Positions 1 through 13,653 of a DNA stretch of 64,000 nucleotides are shown here, in pieces. The notes under the pieces are model-generated. The model was given only the letters and a program-made list of their open reading frames with translations, was not told the origin of the DNA and ran no database searches. A program made the translations under genes and the position numbers. The DNA comes from Eledone cirrhosa (Eukaryota). The DNA lies in assembly GCA_964016885.1 (NCBI GenBank), contig OZ024743.1:37758001-37822000 (forward strand). The letters are read 5' to 3'. How positions within the stretch are numbered: the stretch's first letter is position 1; each line of letters starts with the position of its first letter.

Positions 1-1765
1 ATACATTTGCATAAATAATTCATTGTCGGATCTGGTATTTAAAGCTTACATAGACTGTAATGTATCACTATATAATTATAAGTAATTGAAAGTAATTATA
101 CTAAAAGTAGGTGTTCATGGGGAAATTTTTAGGGTATAAAGTTATAGATAGATGGAATGATTTGTGTTGAGATAGGGTGGATCAGAGAGTGTGGAGTTGT
201 GGTGTAAGGTGTGCCCTTGAGGTGTAGTGTTAGAAGTGGTGATGGGTTCAAGTCTGACATTATTATATATTGGGTTTAAAGTTTTGGAAGGAATGCCGGA
301 AGCGGTGCTGGCACGACGCAAACACTTCCGACTTTGTTTTTTATTAAGGGGCTTATGGTTTGAGAAGATTATAGTATGGGTCTCTAGTAGACAGAGGTTA
401 CAGAATTTATTAGGTGGCTTGTACGATGCTGCCTTACCTATCACTTCCCATTTAAGTGTATAAGATCTATTTTTAGATTTTAGATAGTGTATGTAGCTAG
501 ATAGTGAAGTGGAGTTGGCTAGACTGTGTTTTTTGAAAGAATGGAGGTGTGAATTGTATCTGGTTTTGAAGCAGTTTGAAGTGGAGCCTATATAGGTTTC
601 AGAAGAGTTGCTAGTTATGACGGTGCATGAGTATATGATGTCCTTGATTAAGCAGTTTTTATCTAAAGGGCAGGTTCTATTAGATCTACAGTTACAATTA
701 TTTTGGATGTTAACCTGCCGGTTATTATGTTGTGTAGAAGTCTGGTAGCTAGTTATTGCATTATGGCTACGTGGGTTGTCGCTCCCAGCGTTATTGCTTA
801 CACTAGTGCTATTATTATTATTACTATTGGTATCAGGGTTTGTAGATATAACGTTGTTTTGAAGGTTTACCCCTGCCGTGTTTTAGTTTGTTGGAAGTAA
901 GTATTCATTTTTCTTTTATTGCTACTAGCTATGTGGTATGCTATGTTAGGCGTGGTAGAGTAAGAGATTTTAATTGTGTTTTTTGTTTATAAGACTATGG
1001 TACTTGTGACCAGATGGGAAGTTTTTATCCATGAGTGAGAAGAAAGCCTTAGGTAGGTTGGTAGAGACGTTTAGATTGAAAGGTGGGTTGAATCATGTAT
1101 TATTTCTTCTTCTATTTTTGTTTTTTTATGTCTGGCGAGATGCTTCCGTTTATGGTATTTTGGTGCCTTCCGTGGTGTGGGTTACGTTTGTTGCCACCCT
1201 TTGTACTAGTGTGTGTGTGGTTATTATTCTTATTACTATTTTTCCTCACGGACATATTCTGCGAAATAATGTTGTAACTATGTGTTTTTGTAGGTGGGAA
1301 CTCGATCTCATTATTATGGCCTGATCTAGCTAATGCCTGATTATAATATTGTGAGTTTTTGTTAAATATGTTTTCGTCATAAGATAGATTAGAGATTCTA
1401 TGGGATATTCCCTTGGAGATAGAGTTTAATATTGATCTAGGGTGGTTAGACTTGGTATCTACGTAAATCAGTTTTTCATTAGGTTTATGGAATGGGGTAT
1501 ATATTCTAGAGTCTAGGTAGAGGGTGGCATCTAGGAAGTTAACGTTTTTAGTATTTTTGTCTATGGTGATACTTAGGTTATAGTTTTTGAAAGTCTTGTG
1601 CAATAGTTTTCTAGTTCTTTCTATATTAAATTTTGTATAGTCTATAAGGAGAAGTGCATCATCGCGGTACAAACCACCGTTGAGGTATGGAAGGTCCTTA
1701 TGGATTTCGTTTAGTAAATATAGGCCCACCAAATCAGTGACCGGCGCCGAGTCACTAGATCCCAT
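1..1765 (-). mobile_element. 5'-truncated, disrupted Penelope-like retroelement (RT C-half plus GIY-YIG endonuclease), probably Hydra-type clade
   Basis: ORF 1112-1765 has MGSSDSAPVTDLVGLY, GGLYRDDALL, VNFLD and SNHP. It continues through a frameshift/stop into (W)FNPPF..TN..DKNFP. The endonuclease (about 702 down to 300) reads CNCRSNRTCPLDKNCL..IIY..YIGSTSNCFKTRYNSH..STSLS..W..CNLCLLE. The 5' break abuts (TA)n/(GA)n at 1765. Confidence 0.9.
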
Positions 1766-2733
1766 ATATATATATATAGAGAGAGAGAGATAGAGATAGA
1801 GAGAGATAGATAGAGAGAGATAGATAGATAGAGAGAGAGAGAATTATTTCATAAACCACACCTCTTCAATTCAACATGTTGATATCGCACCGCCTCAAAT
1901 TGCCAGAGAGGCGGGGCTCGACGTATTTTGCTGATTCCAGAGCATATGCCAAACTGGGAATTACCCGTCGCATTAGGGGCGTTGCCAATGGAAATTAACG
2001 CGAGGACAAGTGGATAAGTGGTATTTAAAAAATATTGGTTCTTGAAAGCCATTAATGTAAATACATTTTATATTATCAGTGATTGTTTGTGCATGTTCGT
2101 GCACGTGTGTGCTCATGTGCGTGTGCTCGTGTTTGCATATGTGTGCGTGTATGTACATGTGTGTGTGTGGGGGGGGGGCGTGTGTGTGTGTATGTGTGTG
2201 TGTGTATGTGTGTGTGTGTATGTTTCGTTTTCTATGTGGATGTTGGTTTGAAATACTGCAGTTTTCGAGTAGTGAAGACGAAACTCCGCTAAGGTTGAAT
2301 AGGTGTCAAGGGAGATAGAATGTATGTTTTTGCTGCCATGTTTAGTTGTTGGTGAGTGTGTGCGTGTGTGGTGTGTTTCCATCGGTACAAGCCCGCATGC
2401 GTGTGTATCGAAATGTGTGTACGTATGGGGACGTGGGTATGTGAGAGAGAGTATGTGTACCATTGAATTGTTTAATTGTTTGTTGTGCCCTTTAGTCAAT
2501 ACTTTACCTTGAAAAACCCCGCTGTTGATGGATGTGAAATATAGGGACTATTAATTCGCTTCCAAGGTAACTCTATCTCTTGTTATATTTTCACACATTT
2601 GTTACGTTATTTTATGCCCTCTACCTCTCTTTCTGCGCTTTCTCCTACTTCTATCTCTCTCTCTCTCAGCTCAATGCCACCTGATTTTGTTACCCGGAGA
2701 TTTACCCATTTGCATTGTGTAGGCTTCCAAAAC

Positions 2734-2794
<61 letters not shown>

Positions 2795-5700
2795 TATGAT
2801 AATTTAGGTCTTTTAAAACGGGTAATCTTAAAGTTTATCCTCGTAATAGTTGAACTCAGTACAATGATGGACATACTTTTAAATTGTCAAGTATTTTCAG
2901 TACAGCTATCTACATTTTTGACCAGCTCAGTATTCTTTGTGGTCATAAATATTAATCAATTTAGATCAAAGCACTATCGTATTTACAAAGAAAAGCGCCA
3001 GGCTATAATCGATGCCTAATCTCTTATGATCGATAATACAATGACATTTATTTCGGGTCCTTTCCAAAATTACTCTTTTCCGCCAAGTTGAGATAGGATT
3101 CGTTAATTGAACCATTGTTTTAAGCAATTCTGTAATTTTCGAAAGTTTAGTTCTAGAATTATCTAAACGATATTAAAATAAGCTATAGAATACGGATCAA
3201 TCAGGACTTCTATTCTTTAGAAAAGATCAAATATCAATGATAAGTTCGTAGATTTAGCGAACAGATTAAAAATATCAAAATATCCATATGCATCAACATC
3301 TTCAAACCTTATTGATTGGAGGCAGGAAGAGAATTAAAAAATATACAGGCATACATTTGAATGCATCTACCTATATTTATCATAAAACTTTTTTTAATAT
3401 TATTCTCCATCATTTATGAAAAAACCCGACACGCATTTATTTCCAATTTCCCAAACATGAAATAGCTCAAGGAATTGTGTTATGCCAGGGATAAATAAAA
3501 ATTGTGTAATTGTTTCTAAAATATCCCAGGAATATATTTATGCTTTGGCAGCTTTTCGTAATGTAGTTCATACTGTCAACATTATTTTTCTTTTTGCGTC
3601 TCTATACCGTTTGAGTTAACATCAATTCTATGGGCTTCAACTAAACCTATATATTTCTGAGCAAGTGCCAATGTGAACAATCCGCATATATTTTGAATTT
3701 CAAACTCCAGTTCAGTTTGGCTTGAACATAAATGAACGCAGCTAACTATTAATTTATTACATAATAATAAGACCTCAAATTTTATAGACTGAAATAAATC
3801 CTAGTAATTCCTAATGTAGACACATGGCTTCATATGTTTTGTAAAGGATACGGATGGGTGCGTGTATAGGATCTCCGAAGAGGTATATTCCATTTGATTC
3901 GATCAACAAAACAACCTGATCAGGAAATTAAATTGGAAGCAGACGAACATTCCATAGTCACATTTGTAACTAATTATTCCATCAGAGTGAACTGCAACAA
4001 TATGAATTATTAACTAACTCAATGACAACACATCTTTTGGGAATTGAACTCACAACGTTACGATTGTGAATCGACCACCGTAACCACTAAACACGCACAA
4101 AAGCTAACCACTAAGTCAAGGACGGAACGGATTATTTTGTTTTTGGCCCTTAAAAGAAACCATTCAAAGTCAACCCGTTCTTTAATTTGAACCCACAAAG
4201 CAAACATAAGTCAGAACTGCATGCTATCCACCATGAACAATGCTACACGAACATGATACTACTCCTATTTTAAATATTATTGATAAACGATGTACTATTG
4301 AAGGAAAATATGCTTTCATTTAAACAAAGTGCAGGCACACGTAGAAGATGATAAATGATATTTAAAATTCTGGCTGTGGGCATAGACAGCATATATACAG
4401 AGGTAAGCTTGCGGCTGTTTTGTTTAGAAATTTTAACACTGAATTGTATTTGCCATGCAGGAATATTTCTTATGCAAATTGATGTAGAAATATATTTCGT
4501 ATATATTTAATTTGTGCATATTTGAAATGAATAAATTAAGTTGTGCCTATGTATCTATCTCTCTCTCTATCTATCTATCTAGCTAGCTATTTATATATCT
4601 ATATATCTACCTATTTATTTATCTATCTATATCCATATAAACATTTTGAGCTTTAATATGCCTACACATATATGTGAATGTGTGTTTATATGTATTTGTG
4701 CGTGTGTGGAATGTAGATATGTTTTATATCAAGGATTTCACAAGCATAGTTTAATATACACGAATTTTAAGCAGCAATATAAATGCCAAACTCCGTCCAT
4801 TTTGATATTCTGGTGCACCGTGGGCAAAATAAGTGATTGTTTGCAGTAGCGAGTGGATATATAAACTGCTGTAGCATAATGCCTCATTCAATTTCCGCTA
4901 TGTTTGTCTTACAAATAAAATTAGCTGTTTTCATTTTAGGTAGCACTCGTGTGCATGCTATTGGGAACGTAGCTATTCTTTAAACACAATATACTTCCAT
5001 ATCGTTAAAGATCACAGCACGTTTATACAGAAAAATGTTTGCAAATGTGATGTGAAAATTGAAAATAAATGAACAAATCGCATATTTTAAGAAAGTTTTT
5101 ATTATGTTACAAGGTTATCTAATTATAACATATGTACTGCATGTGATACGATTTGTAGGATATATTTTATGAACTGTATTATATATTTCAAGGCGGTTAT
5201 CCAGCAGAATCGTCGGAACGTGTGATAGAATGCTTTGCGATATTTTCTCGGGACTCTAAGTTCAAATCCTGCCAAGGTCAACTTTACCTTTTATCTTTTC
5301 ATGATCGAAAAATAAATCACTTGCGGAATACTTGCGTCAATCAATCCCTTATATCTATTTCTCACGTCTTCGATTTATCGTGTAGGGGAGTGCAAATATA
5401 TTGTAGACGAAGAGATCTATGCAGATTTTTTTGTGAGAGAAGTCGGTGATTCACACCCTCCCGTGATGTTCAGTGGGAATTCGAGAAGGATGTAGGATCT
5501 GGTATCAGAAACAAGCCCCCCCCCCCATATTATAATTACCTATTTTCTCCGTGTTTTTGAACACCTCAAATACACTCTTCGCCATCTCTCGGGAATATGT
5601 GAGAATAAGACTATCGCCCACATATCCCGAGAAGAAAGCACCGGTATGGCAATTGTTGTGCTCTCTGAATTCGTGTTGGTCCATGTATGATGATATGTAT

Positions 5701-6904
5701 GATGATATACTTGAAAGGCTTGATCTTATGGGTGGTTAAGAAGTTAAAGACGGCGTTGGAAGTTAAAGACGGCGTTGTTCTTCACAACGGATAGGGGATA
5801 GTGGATGACGGTAGAGGTAAGGTCGAGTACAGTTTATCGGATGCAGTCTTCCATTATGTTTACAGCCGTGAGTACGCGTTCCAAGATGTATAGCAAAACA
5901 TCTTCGATGCTGCAGGCATACCTGTTCGTTTTTTGCGGACACCAGGGTCCAGTTGGTGGAGTTATTTAATTAATTGAATTGTTGATGTGATCTGGGAAAT
6001 GTTTAAGATCCTGGATAAGGATCGTGAGATATTGTAGAGTGGTTCTCTTCGTTGGAGTTTTAAGTCGAATCCTGACTTGTGGGTCTTAATGCCGTATTAA
6101 AATAGGGGTAGCGTGCTGTACATAGTTAAAATATCATTTTGAACCTGTCGCAAATAGTGGTCCATGTTGTGTTGATTCGGTCCTCGATTTGTGTAGCTGT
6201 GACTCCCGTGAACTTAGATTAATAATTATCATCATCACGTTGTTCGCATGGTAACCCATTGTAAGCTTCTCCAGTGAGGAGGCAGAATTCATTTAACTTG
6301 ACGGTGGGGAAAGAGGTGAGTTGTGATCTGCAGAGCATGTGTGGTGATCTGGAGAGTATGTGTGTGTGGGTGTTTCAGCAGAATATTTTATTCAGTCTAG
6401 TAATTTGTCGAGGTCGTTGTCAACGACTGGATGGTGGAGAGGGTTGTCAGAATGGCTCGTGGGGTTTTATAATTGGTTTCAGTGGTGTGGTAACTTCTGT
6501 AGCGTTGATAGTGGGCCACCATTTGAGTTGGTAAAAAATTCCATGTCATATTTCTGCCTGTGTGGGAATTAATATGGAGCCCAGGCGAAGTGATTCAGTT
6601 GGTATGGTGACTGACGAGGTATTCTGGATAATTGTTGTTTGGTTACCGTGGTTGATATGTCCGTGGTGGTGTGCATGTCCACCTATATATTGATGCTGAC
6701 TATAGTGCTGTGGGATAGACAGTTGTTGTTGGGTGTATGACGAATCCATTTAAATTCCCGTTTTAGTCAATTCTTTTATACTGGTAGCATTGAAGATTTA
6801 GCTTTATACAGCAGGTTTTGGGGTGTTACTGTTAATAGTAGGATGTGCTGGGGAAGTGTCTGAATTTGTCGGTGAAGTTGAGGCTGGAGGTATCGTAAGA
6901 GCTT

Positions 6905-7740
6905 CTTGATACATATGCAATGTCAACAACGTTGTAGCGCAAACCGGCCTGCAGAGATCTATTCCTCCAAAACGATTGTGACCCCCACTCTAACAGTGAC
7001 TAAAGTGAGTCCATTCAGTGACGCAGTGAGCAAATGCCCCCACACCAGGCAGTTTTGTAGGATGTTGGAAACCAATCGTTCTTCAACATCTATCGCCTCC
7101 ATCTACGTATCTACACAAAATATGAAACTCAGAACAGCCCAAACCCAGAAAACGGATGGCCTTGATACGCAACATGACTACTCAGGACTCTCCCTACAGA
7201 TATCCCTATCGAAAAGTCAATCCTACAACTAGGATATTACTTTCTTTCTGAGCAACTGTCCCCTCCCATATACCTGTACGTATACTTTGTGTCCACATTT
7301 CTGTATGATAAGTGCAATGAATGTAACCTCGGCAGCACGTGTCGACCTATACACACTAGAATAAAAGAAAACCTCAATATCATCTCGTCGTTCTGCAAAT
7401 AAATCCTTATGTGGAGGGAATAGGACAAGGACCTAACCACGACCATGCTGGCAAGACAACTTTACACAGGTAACCTGCTGATCAAGGAAACCCTTTTTAT
7501 ATAGCAACTTGGACCGTCATTTATTAATAGACAAGAAAGAGCAAGGCCAAATGACTAATTGGACCCACCACTCAAACAAATGAATATGTAAATAAAAAAA
7601 TAAATCCAATAAACATGCTATACAGCATCGGAAATCCCGACAACTCGACAAGAATCAGTGTGAATATATTAGGTTCATATTTAACTGGGTGATGTCTAAA
7701 AACATCTGACTGATAAAATGACAAGTCATCAATCATATTA
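6905..7740 (+). mobile_element. Degenerate PLE 3' fragment (GIY-YIG remnant plus decayed pseudo-LTR)
   Basis: Broken frames read CNECNLGSTCRPIHTRIKENL (~7313-7375) and LLIKETLFI*QLGPSFINRQE (~7475-7540), matching PLE GIY-YIG motifs. Confidence 0.65.
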
Positions 7741-7744
7741 GTGG

Positions 7745-8005
7745 CCTTCCCACAGCCCCGGCGGACAGAATAGAGAAGGCTTTTCCCCGGGGAAAGATGC
7801 ACAAGAGAGATGCACTGGAAAAGGCATTCCAGCTCGGGAGGCTCACACCTGCGGCTGACCATCTCAGCGCCTATGGTAGTGAGTAGGGAGGTAGCCCTAG
7901 GACCGAGGACACCAGACGTCTTCACTCCCAAGGGTACAACCGCACCTGTCGGAGAGCGACCGGTATTTGAAGAGTTTGGCCTCCTCACCCCGACGTGCAG
8001 CAGAA
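7745..8005 (-). mobile_element. 3' fragment of CRE-clade non-LTR element (restriction-like endonuclease region)
   Basis: VVPLGVKTSGVLGPRATSLLTTIGAE..CEPPELECLFQCISL is homologous to 30715-30870. Confidence 0.85.
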
Positions 8006-8625
8006 TCTAACTGTCATTTCTACTACTATACAACAGCTTGTCAGAGCATTCACGAATGTTCTACTACTGCCCGCTAAGCCCTACTGGTGCTGAGCACGTG
8101 TTATGCCAAGCCAAAGAGTGGCCTAGAAAGTGCCATTCCGATATTTCCAACAACTCCCTTGATAATAGATAAAACTTCTTAAATATATTGATACTAATAT
8201 ATATTACCAAGTTAACGTTAACTCTGATTCTTGTTTTTCTTTCTCTTCTCCCCATCATTGTAACTAGCTTCAACTCTCTTATTCCTCATCCGATTTTATT
8301 ACCTCAATATTTACAACCGATTTTGCATATATGTGTGTCCATGTGTATGCATGTGTGAGTGTGTATGTGTCTGAGTATGTATGAATATGGAAGGGTGTTT
8401 CTTTTGTAAAAGCGATGTAAGTCCTTTGGAATTATCACGATGCAATTTACAACAGGAAATACTAAATTCTTGTACGTTTGAAGTAGATGAACGGCAAATA
8501 CGTTATTTCGTGGCATAACATATTCATTTATTTAACTTTTTTCAGAAAATGTTTTTGCTTGGAGGATCATTTAAGTATGTAAGCCTTTTCTTAATGATAT
8601 ACTTCCTGTTTTGTCTGATCTATTT

Positions 8626-8641
8626 CACACGCACGCACGGA

Positions 8642-8688
<47 letters not shown>

Positions 8689-8929
8689 GCACACACACAC
8701 ACACACACATACACACACACATACACAGAGACACACACACACACACACACATACACACACATGTATATATTGTGTACTCGTGTCTCTATATTCTCACATA
8801 TTGTAAGCAATCCACATAAATATTTACATTCAATCCAGCATTGTATATATCTATATGGTGTTACACACAGATACACACAGATACATACACACTCACACAC
8901 ACACAGACACACACACACACACACACACA

Positions 8930-9020
<91 letters not shown>

Positions 9021-9058
9021 ACACGCCCACACACACTCATGCACGCACATGCACATAA
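8626..9058. repeat. (CGCA)n/(CA)n microsatellite cluster
   Basis: Direct inspection. Confidence 0.95.
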
Positions 9059-9299
9059 ATTAGACATACACATAGAATAAAAGATAATATATTTCTGAAT
9101 TTCTGAAAGATGGGAAACTTTTGGAAGATGAGTATTTCCATTTAAATGAGCTATTCAAACTATATTAATGGAAAGTGATATCTATTGGTTGAGCGGAATA
9201 TGACGTCAAATTGATTGAGATTATAAATGGCAAAATAGAAACATATATATTTATATAGCTTCACTATAAGCCACCGCATTATGTGTGTGTGTGTGTGTG

Positions 9300-9340
<41 letters not shown>

Positions 9341-9341
<1 letters not shown>

Positions 9342-9425
9342 CGAAGGAATTGTGGTAAGGAACCAGATGGACCATAACGCACCAGAGTACTCAATACTTA
9401 GGGTAGTAGAGTGGGTAATAGGAAA

Positions 9426-9476
<51 letters not shown>

Positions 9477-9589
9477 TATATAGGAAAAAGAATGAAACCG
9501 ACGGCAGAGCTCAAGCCGTTTCGACGGCTATTTCTGGAAATACCCGTCGAAACGGCTTGAGCTCTGCCGTCGGTGGTCATTCTTTTTCC

Positions 9590-9591
<2 letters not shown>
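9341..9591. repeat. Dispersed repeat ending in a fold-back hairpin; second copy at 19361-19520
   Basis: ACGAAGGAA.TGTGGTAAGGAACCAG..GGACCATAACGCACCA..GTACTCAATACTT is shared by both copies; hairpins at 9481-9591 and 19439-19520. Confidence 0.85.
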
Positions 9592-9683
<92 letters not shown>

Positions 9684-9787
9684 TATTGAAATTTCCGTTG
9701 AAAACAGAAAAGGTCATAGAAGTGAAGAGTGCTCTATGTAAGTATCAGAGCAAAATTTAATGTATAAAAACCAATACAATATAATTA

Positions 9788-9857
9788 CCTCATTACCAGA
9801 GGTTTCCCGAATGAGGCGAATACGAAAGAAGCGTCTTCATTCGTTCGTCAGACGAGG
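9788..9857 (-). ncRNA. Type I hammerhead ribozyme motif
   Basis: Minus strand: CCTCGT-CTGACGA-A-CGAATGA...TCATTCG-G-GAAA-CCTCTGG-TA-ATGAGG. Stems I, II and III all pair; GUA cleavage triplet. Confidence 0.85.
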
Positions 9858-10412
9858 CAATATAAAACATGGGTAAATACTTGGAAAGTCTCGTCAAGAA
9901 AATCAAAAAAAAAAGATATAGACAAATGAATTAGAATATGAAATATATAATAATCTTTCAAGAAATATAGTTAGGTGTGTGTATATGTATGTATATACGC
10001 TCACAGATATGCATATATGTGTATCTACATATGTATACGCATAGTGAAAAAGTGTCCGTAAATATAAAATTTAGGGCAAATGTATCTGTATGTCTGTAAT
10101 CTACAGACAGAATAGATACATCATAAGAATATGAATATGAAGGCGCGCGCATAAACACACCTACACACACGTACACTTAGATGCAGAAGTAAAAGAGGTA
10201 AGGGAGTGTAATAATTAAAGGAAAGTATCAATCTCGATATATTTATAAAAATGGAACAATAATTTAGAAAGAAAACATTTAGAAAGAAAAAATTAAAGAA
10301 AAGAAGACTAAAAAGGGTACATACATACACAGACACGCATATCTCACAAAAGAAACGCAAAAATATACATGCTTATATACACACGCACACTTACACATCC
10401 ATACGTTCGATA

Positions 10413-10473
<61 letters not shown>

Positions 10474-10641
10474 TTATACTCACGCATATTGACCTGTTTG
10501 CATGCACACGCATAAAAATGAGTAAGTAAAAAAAAAAAAGAGGGGGGGGAGAAGAAAAAAGGGACAAAATATAAAACCTAGATGTCAAAACACGGATATA
10601 AAGACACATACACATACGCATACACATATACATACACATAC

Positions 10642-10678
<37 letters not shown>

Positions 10679-10756
10679 AAGGACGTAAAATAAGAAAATA
10701 TTTTTTTAAAAAAATTAAAAAAAAAAAAAAAATTTTTTTTCTTACTTAAATTTTCA

Positions 10757-10836
10757 CTCCAACTAATTAGTTTCTGCAATGGGATAAAGACAGTTACGTA
10801 ATCCAACTGTCGAGAATTCATTGCGTCATCAGGAAG
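10757..10836 (-). ncRNA. Type I hammerhead ribozyme motif in a pLTR-like repeat (about 10680-11130)
   Basis: CTTC-CTGATGA-C-GCAATG...CATTGC-A-GAAA-CTAATTAG-TT-GGAG, with palindromic stem III ACTAATTAGT; homologue at 23366-23445. Confidence 0.85.
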
Positions 10837-11058
10837 TCTATTCTCAGTTAAGTCTCCAGGCAATGCGCGGACACTGGCGGCTCATATAAAAATAATAATA
10901 ATTCGGTAGATCGAACAGCTTGCGAGGACTGGATTCTATGTACCGAAATTCTCACTGCTTCAAGTCAAATGGCCGATTCTAAAGAATCAATCACGTGACA
11001 CAGAGGCTAGTTAGAAGGAATGGGATGGTAAGATGACTGACGCCTACTAACACCCCCC

Positions 11059-11099
<41 letters not shown>

Positions 11100-11154
11100 G
11101 TGGTTTTGACAAGTTTGCTCGACAAATCAGTGATTTGGAGATAAATATAGATAA

Positions 11155-11214
<60 letters not shown>

Positions 11215-11535
11215 GCACGCGCGCGCACATACGTAGTATGTATATATATATATTGGTATTGGTGCTCTGAAATAGCGATGTATCAAAGGCAGGTGAGTGC
11301 GTGGCTTTGATAAACGCCAAGCAACGATAAACAACTGTCAGCCATACTCACAGCCTTTGCCGAAAATATAAGTAAGTGACATAGTCACTACTTTAAAACT
11401 GATAGCGGTGGTCTTCTAAATATTTTTAATTAAACATACGGTATGTTGCCAAATATACTATACGTACATTCATGTATACATCGCTATTTCAGAGTACCAA
11501 TACTAATATATATATATATATATATAGATAGATAG

Positions 11536-11676
<141 letters not shown>

Positions 11677-11958
11677 GGTCTCCCTTTGTGTGTGTGATTT
11701 TTGGGATGTGTGTTCAAAGAATATCATTTAACCTGATGGTCAGCGTGCGTTTGCAGATTTAGGATATAACATTTTCTTTGTCTTCAAAAATATACTATGT
11801 TAGGGTTTGTAGTTAATTAAATGTTGTAGGATAGATTTAACGAAAGCCTTTCGCCCCATCAGGTAGATATCGCAAATTTTTTAACAGAAACTGATTGCGG
11901 TTTGATATATTTGCATATGAAGCTGCATATATTGGCTTAACTTATAATAGAATAACAA

Positions 11959-12310
11959 TAGGATTTAGCTTCAGGCATAGCTGTTTACAGATATGTATAG
12001 AAATTTCATATTTCTAAAAAACACGGTATGTTTACAAGGTAAACATTTAGAATGCCGTAGCTATGCAAAAAACACCGGGGCTAACGCCCTCTCGTGGTGT
12101 ACAGTAGAAGCAAGGGTGACAATCGGATTTAATTGGTCCTCATCAGGACGGTGCTTGCGTCTGCTGGATACCACCAGACAGCGTAAGCCCCGCTGTTATT
12201 TTGCATAGCTACGGCTTTCTAAATGCTCACCTGTAAACATACCGTGTTTCTTTAGAAATAAGAAATGTCTATACATATCTGTATATAGCTAAGCCTGAAG
12301 CTAATACCTA
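11959..12310. repeat. Imperfect inverted repeat with ~128-bp arms (11959-12087 / 12181-12310)
   Basis: Arms are reverse complements, e.g. ACAGATATGTATAGA / TCTATACATATCTGT and GCCGTAGCTATGCAAAA / TTTTGCATAGCTACGGC. Confidence 0.85.
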
Positions 12311-12641
12311 ATTATATATATATATGAAATTATATATGGTAGTTAAATGAAAGAGGCCACACAAAACTTCCAAGAAGAGGAATGTGTTTCTGAAGTGTAA
12401 AGTATCTAACATGCAGAGTACTAAATGCAAATTGTGCGTAATATAAAAAATACAATTCTTACTTGAACGTGAGAAAGAGACTATTACAACTTTCCTGCAT
12501 GCAAGGAAGATAAATGTGAAATACTTCAAGTATATCCCAATTGTGCAGGAATTCCACCAGAAAGTTGCATAGATATATTCAGGCAAACTGCTTACAAATA
12601 AGATTTTGTGTAAATATTGAATATATTTAGCACACAGACGT

Positions 12642-12688
<47 letters not shown>

Positions 12689-12698
12689 GCCATACACG

Positions 12699-12732
<34 letters not shown>

Positions 12733-12762
12733 CATATATACATATACATATATATATATTCA

Positions 12763-13568
12763 TACATAGGTGAGACAGCTCGTAGCATAGGTGAAAGGAT
12801 AGACCAACACTGGGGGGAACTAAAAGGACGAAAAAACGGGTCAGTACTATACGAACATGCTAGACAACAACATGACGGTAACATAGACAACATAGAAATT
12901 AGAATAATATCTAAACATAGGAATGACCCAGCAGATAGGCAAATCAGAGAGGCCAGTGAAATAGAAATTAGAAGACCAAAGCTAAACAGAAAGAATGAGT
13001 GGAACAACAACAACACCCAAACAAACAACACTGACCTAAGAGAAGTATAAATAAGTAAATAAATAAAATAAAATAAAATAAGATAAATAAATACATACAC
13101 AAGCACAATAACAACAAGCACATAAACACACACTAGTCACCCAGCAGACACAACACTATACACACTAGTCACACAGCACACACAACACTGTACACACACG
13201 CAAACGCATGCGCAAAGAAGACAAAATAAAATAAACAAACAAGCAAATAAATAAATAAATATATAGACAGACTGAATAAAAAATGGCGTAGACATACAAC
13301 ACAACAGGAGGAAAAAATATAACACCACTGACGATGTTGCAGATGAGCAACGAAAGATTTATGTAAATTATGTAAACTATATATATGTGTTTGTGTCTAT
13401 ATTGTATCTGTATTATTTTTGACGGTCGGTCAGTCAATGGCAACATTGAGGACCGATTAAGTTAGATCGCAGATATAAAAGACAGCGAGAAGCGAAAACC
13501 AACCAAACAGTGAGTGTGTTCTGTTATTAATTCTGGCAATATTACACAAATATGACCCTCCCCAAGTA

Positions 13569-13572
<4 letters not shown>
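12763..13572 (+). mobile_element. 5'-truncated PLE: GIY-YIG C-half, 3' UTR, hammerhead-like motif (13326-13363) and pLTR end
   Basis: The frame reads YIGETARSIGERIDQHW..SVLYEHARQQH..RQIREASEIEIRRPKLNRKNEW, homologous to 46439-46771. Ribozyme core CTGACGA-T-GTTGC..GCAAC-GAAA (weak stem I). Ends ATGACCCTCCCAAGTATAAC followed by (TA)n. Confidence 0.85.

Positions 13573-13653
<81 letters not shown>

Noticed and set aside
1095-1097. In-frame TGA in the PLE as possible selenocysteine recoding
   Set aside because: It falls at a conserved Trp (WFNPP) in an element that also has frameshifts, so ordinary TGG>TGA decay explains it.
11836-11868. CTGATGG..GAAA on the minus strand (and CTGATAA near 7710)
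   Set aside because: The core is broken and the stems do not close; at most ribozyme relics.
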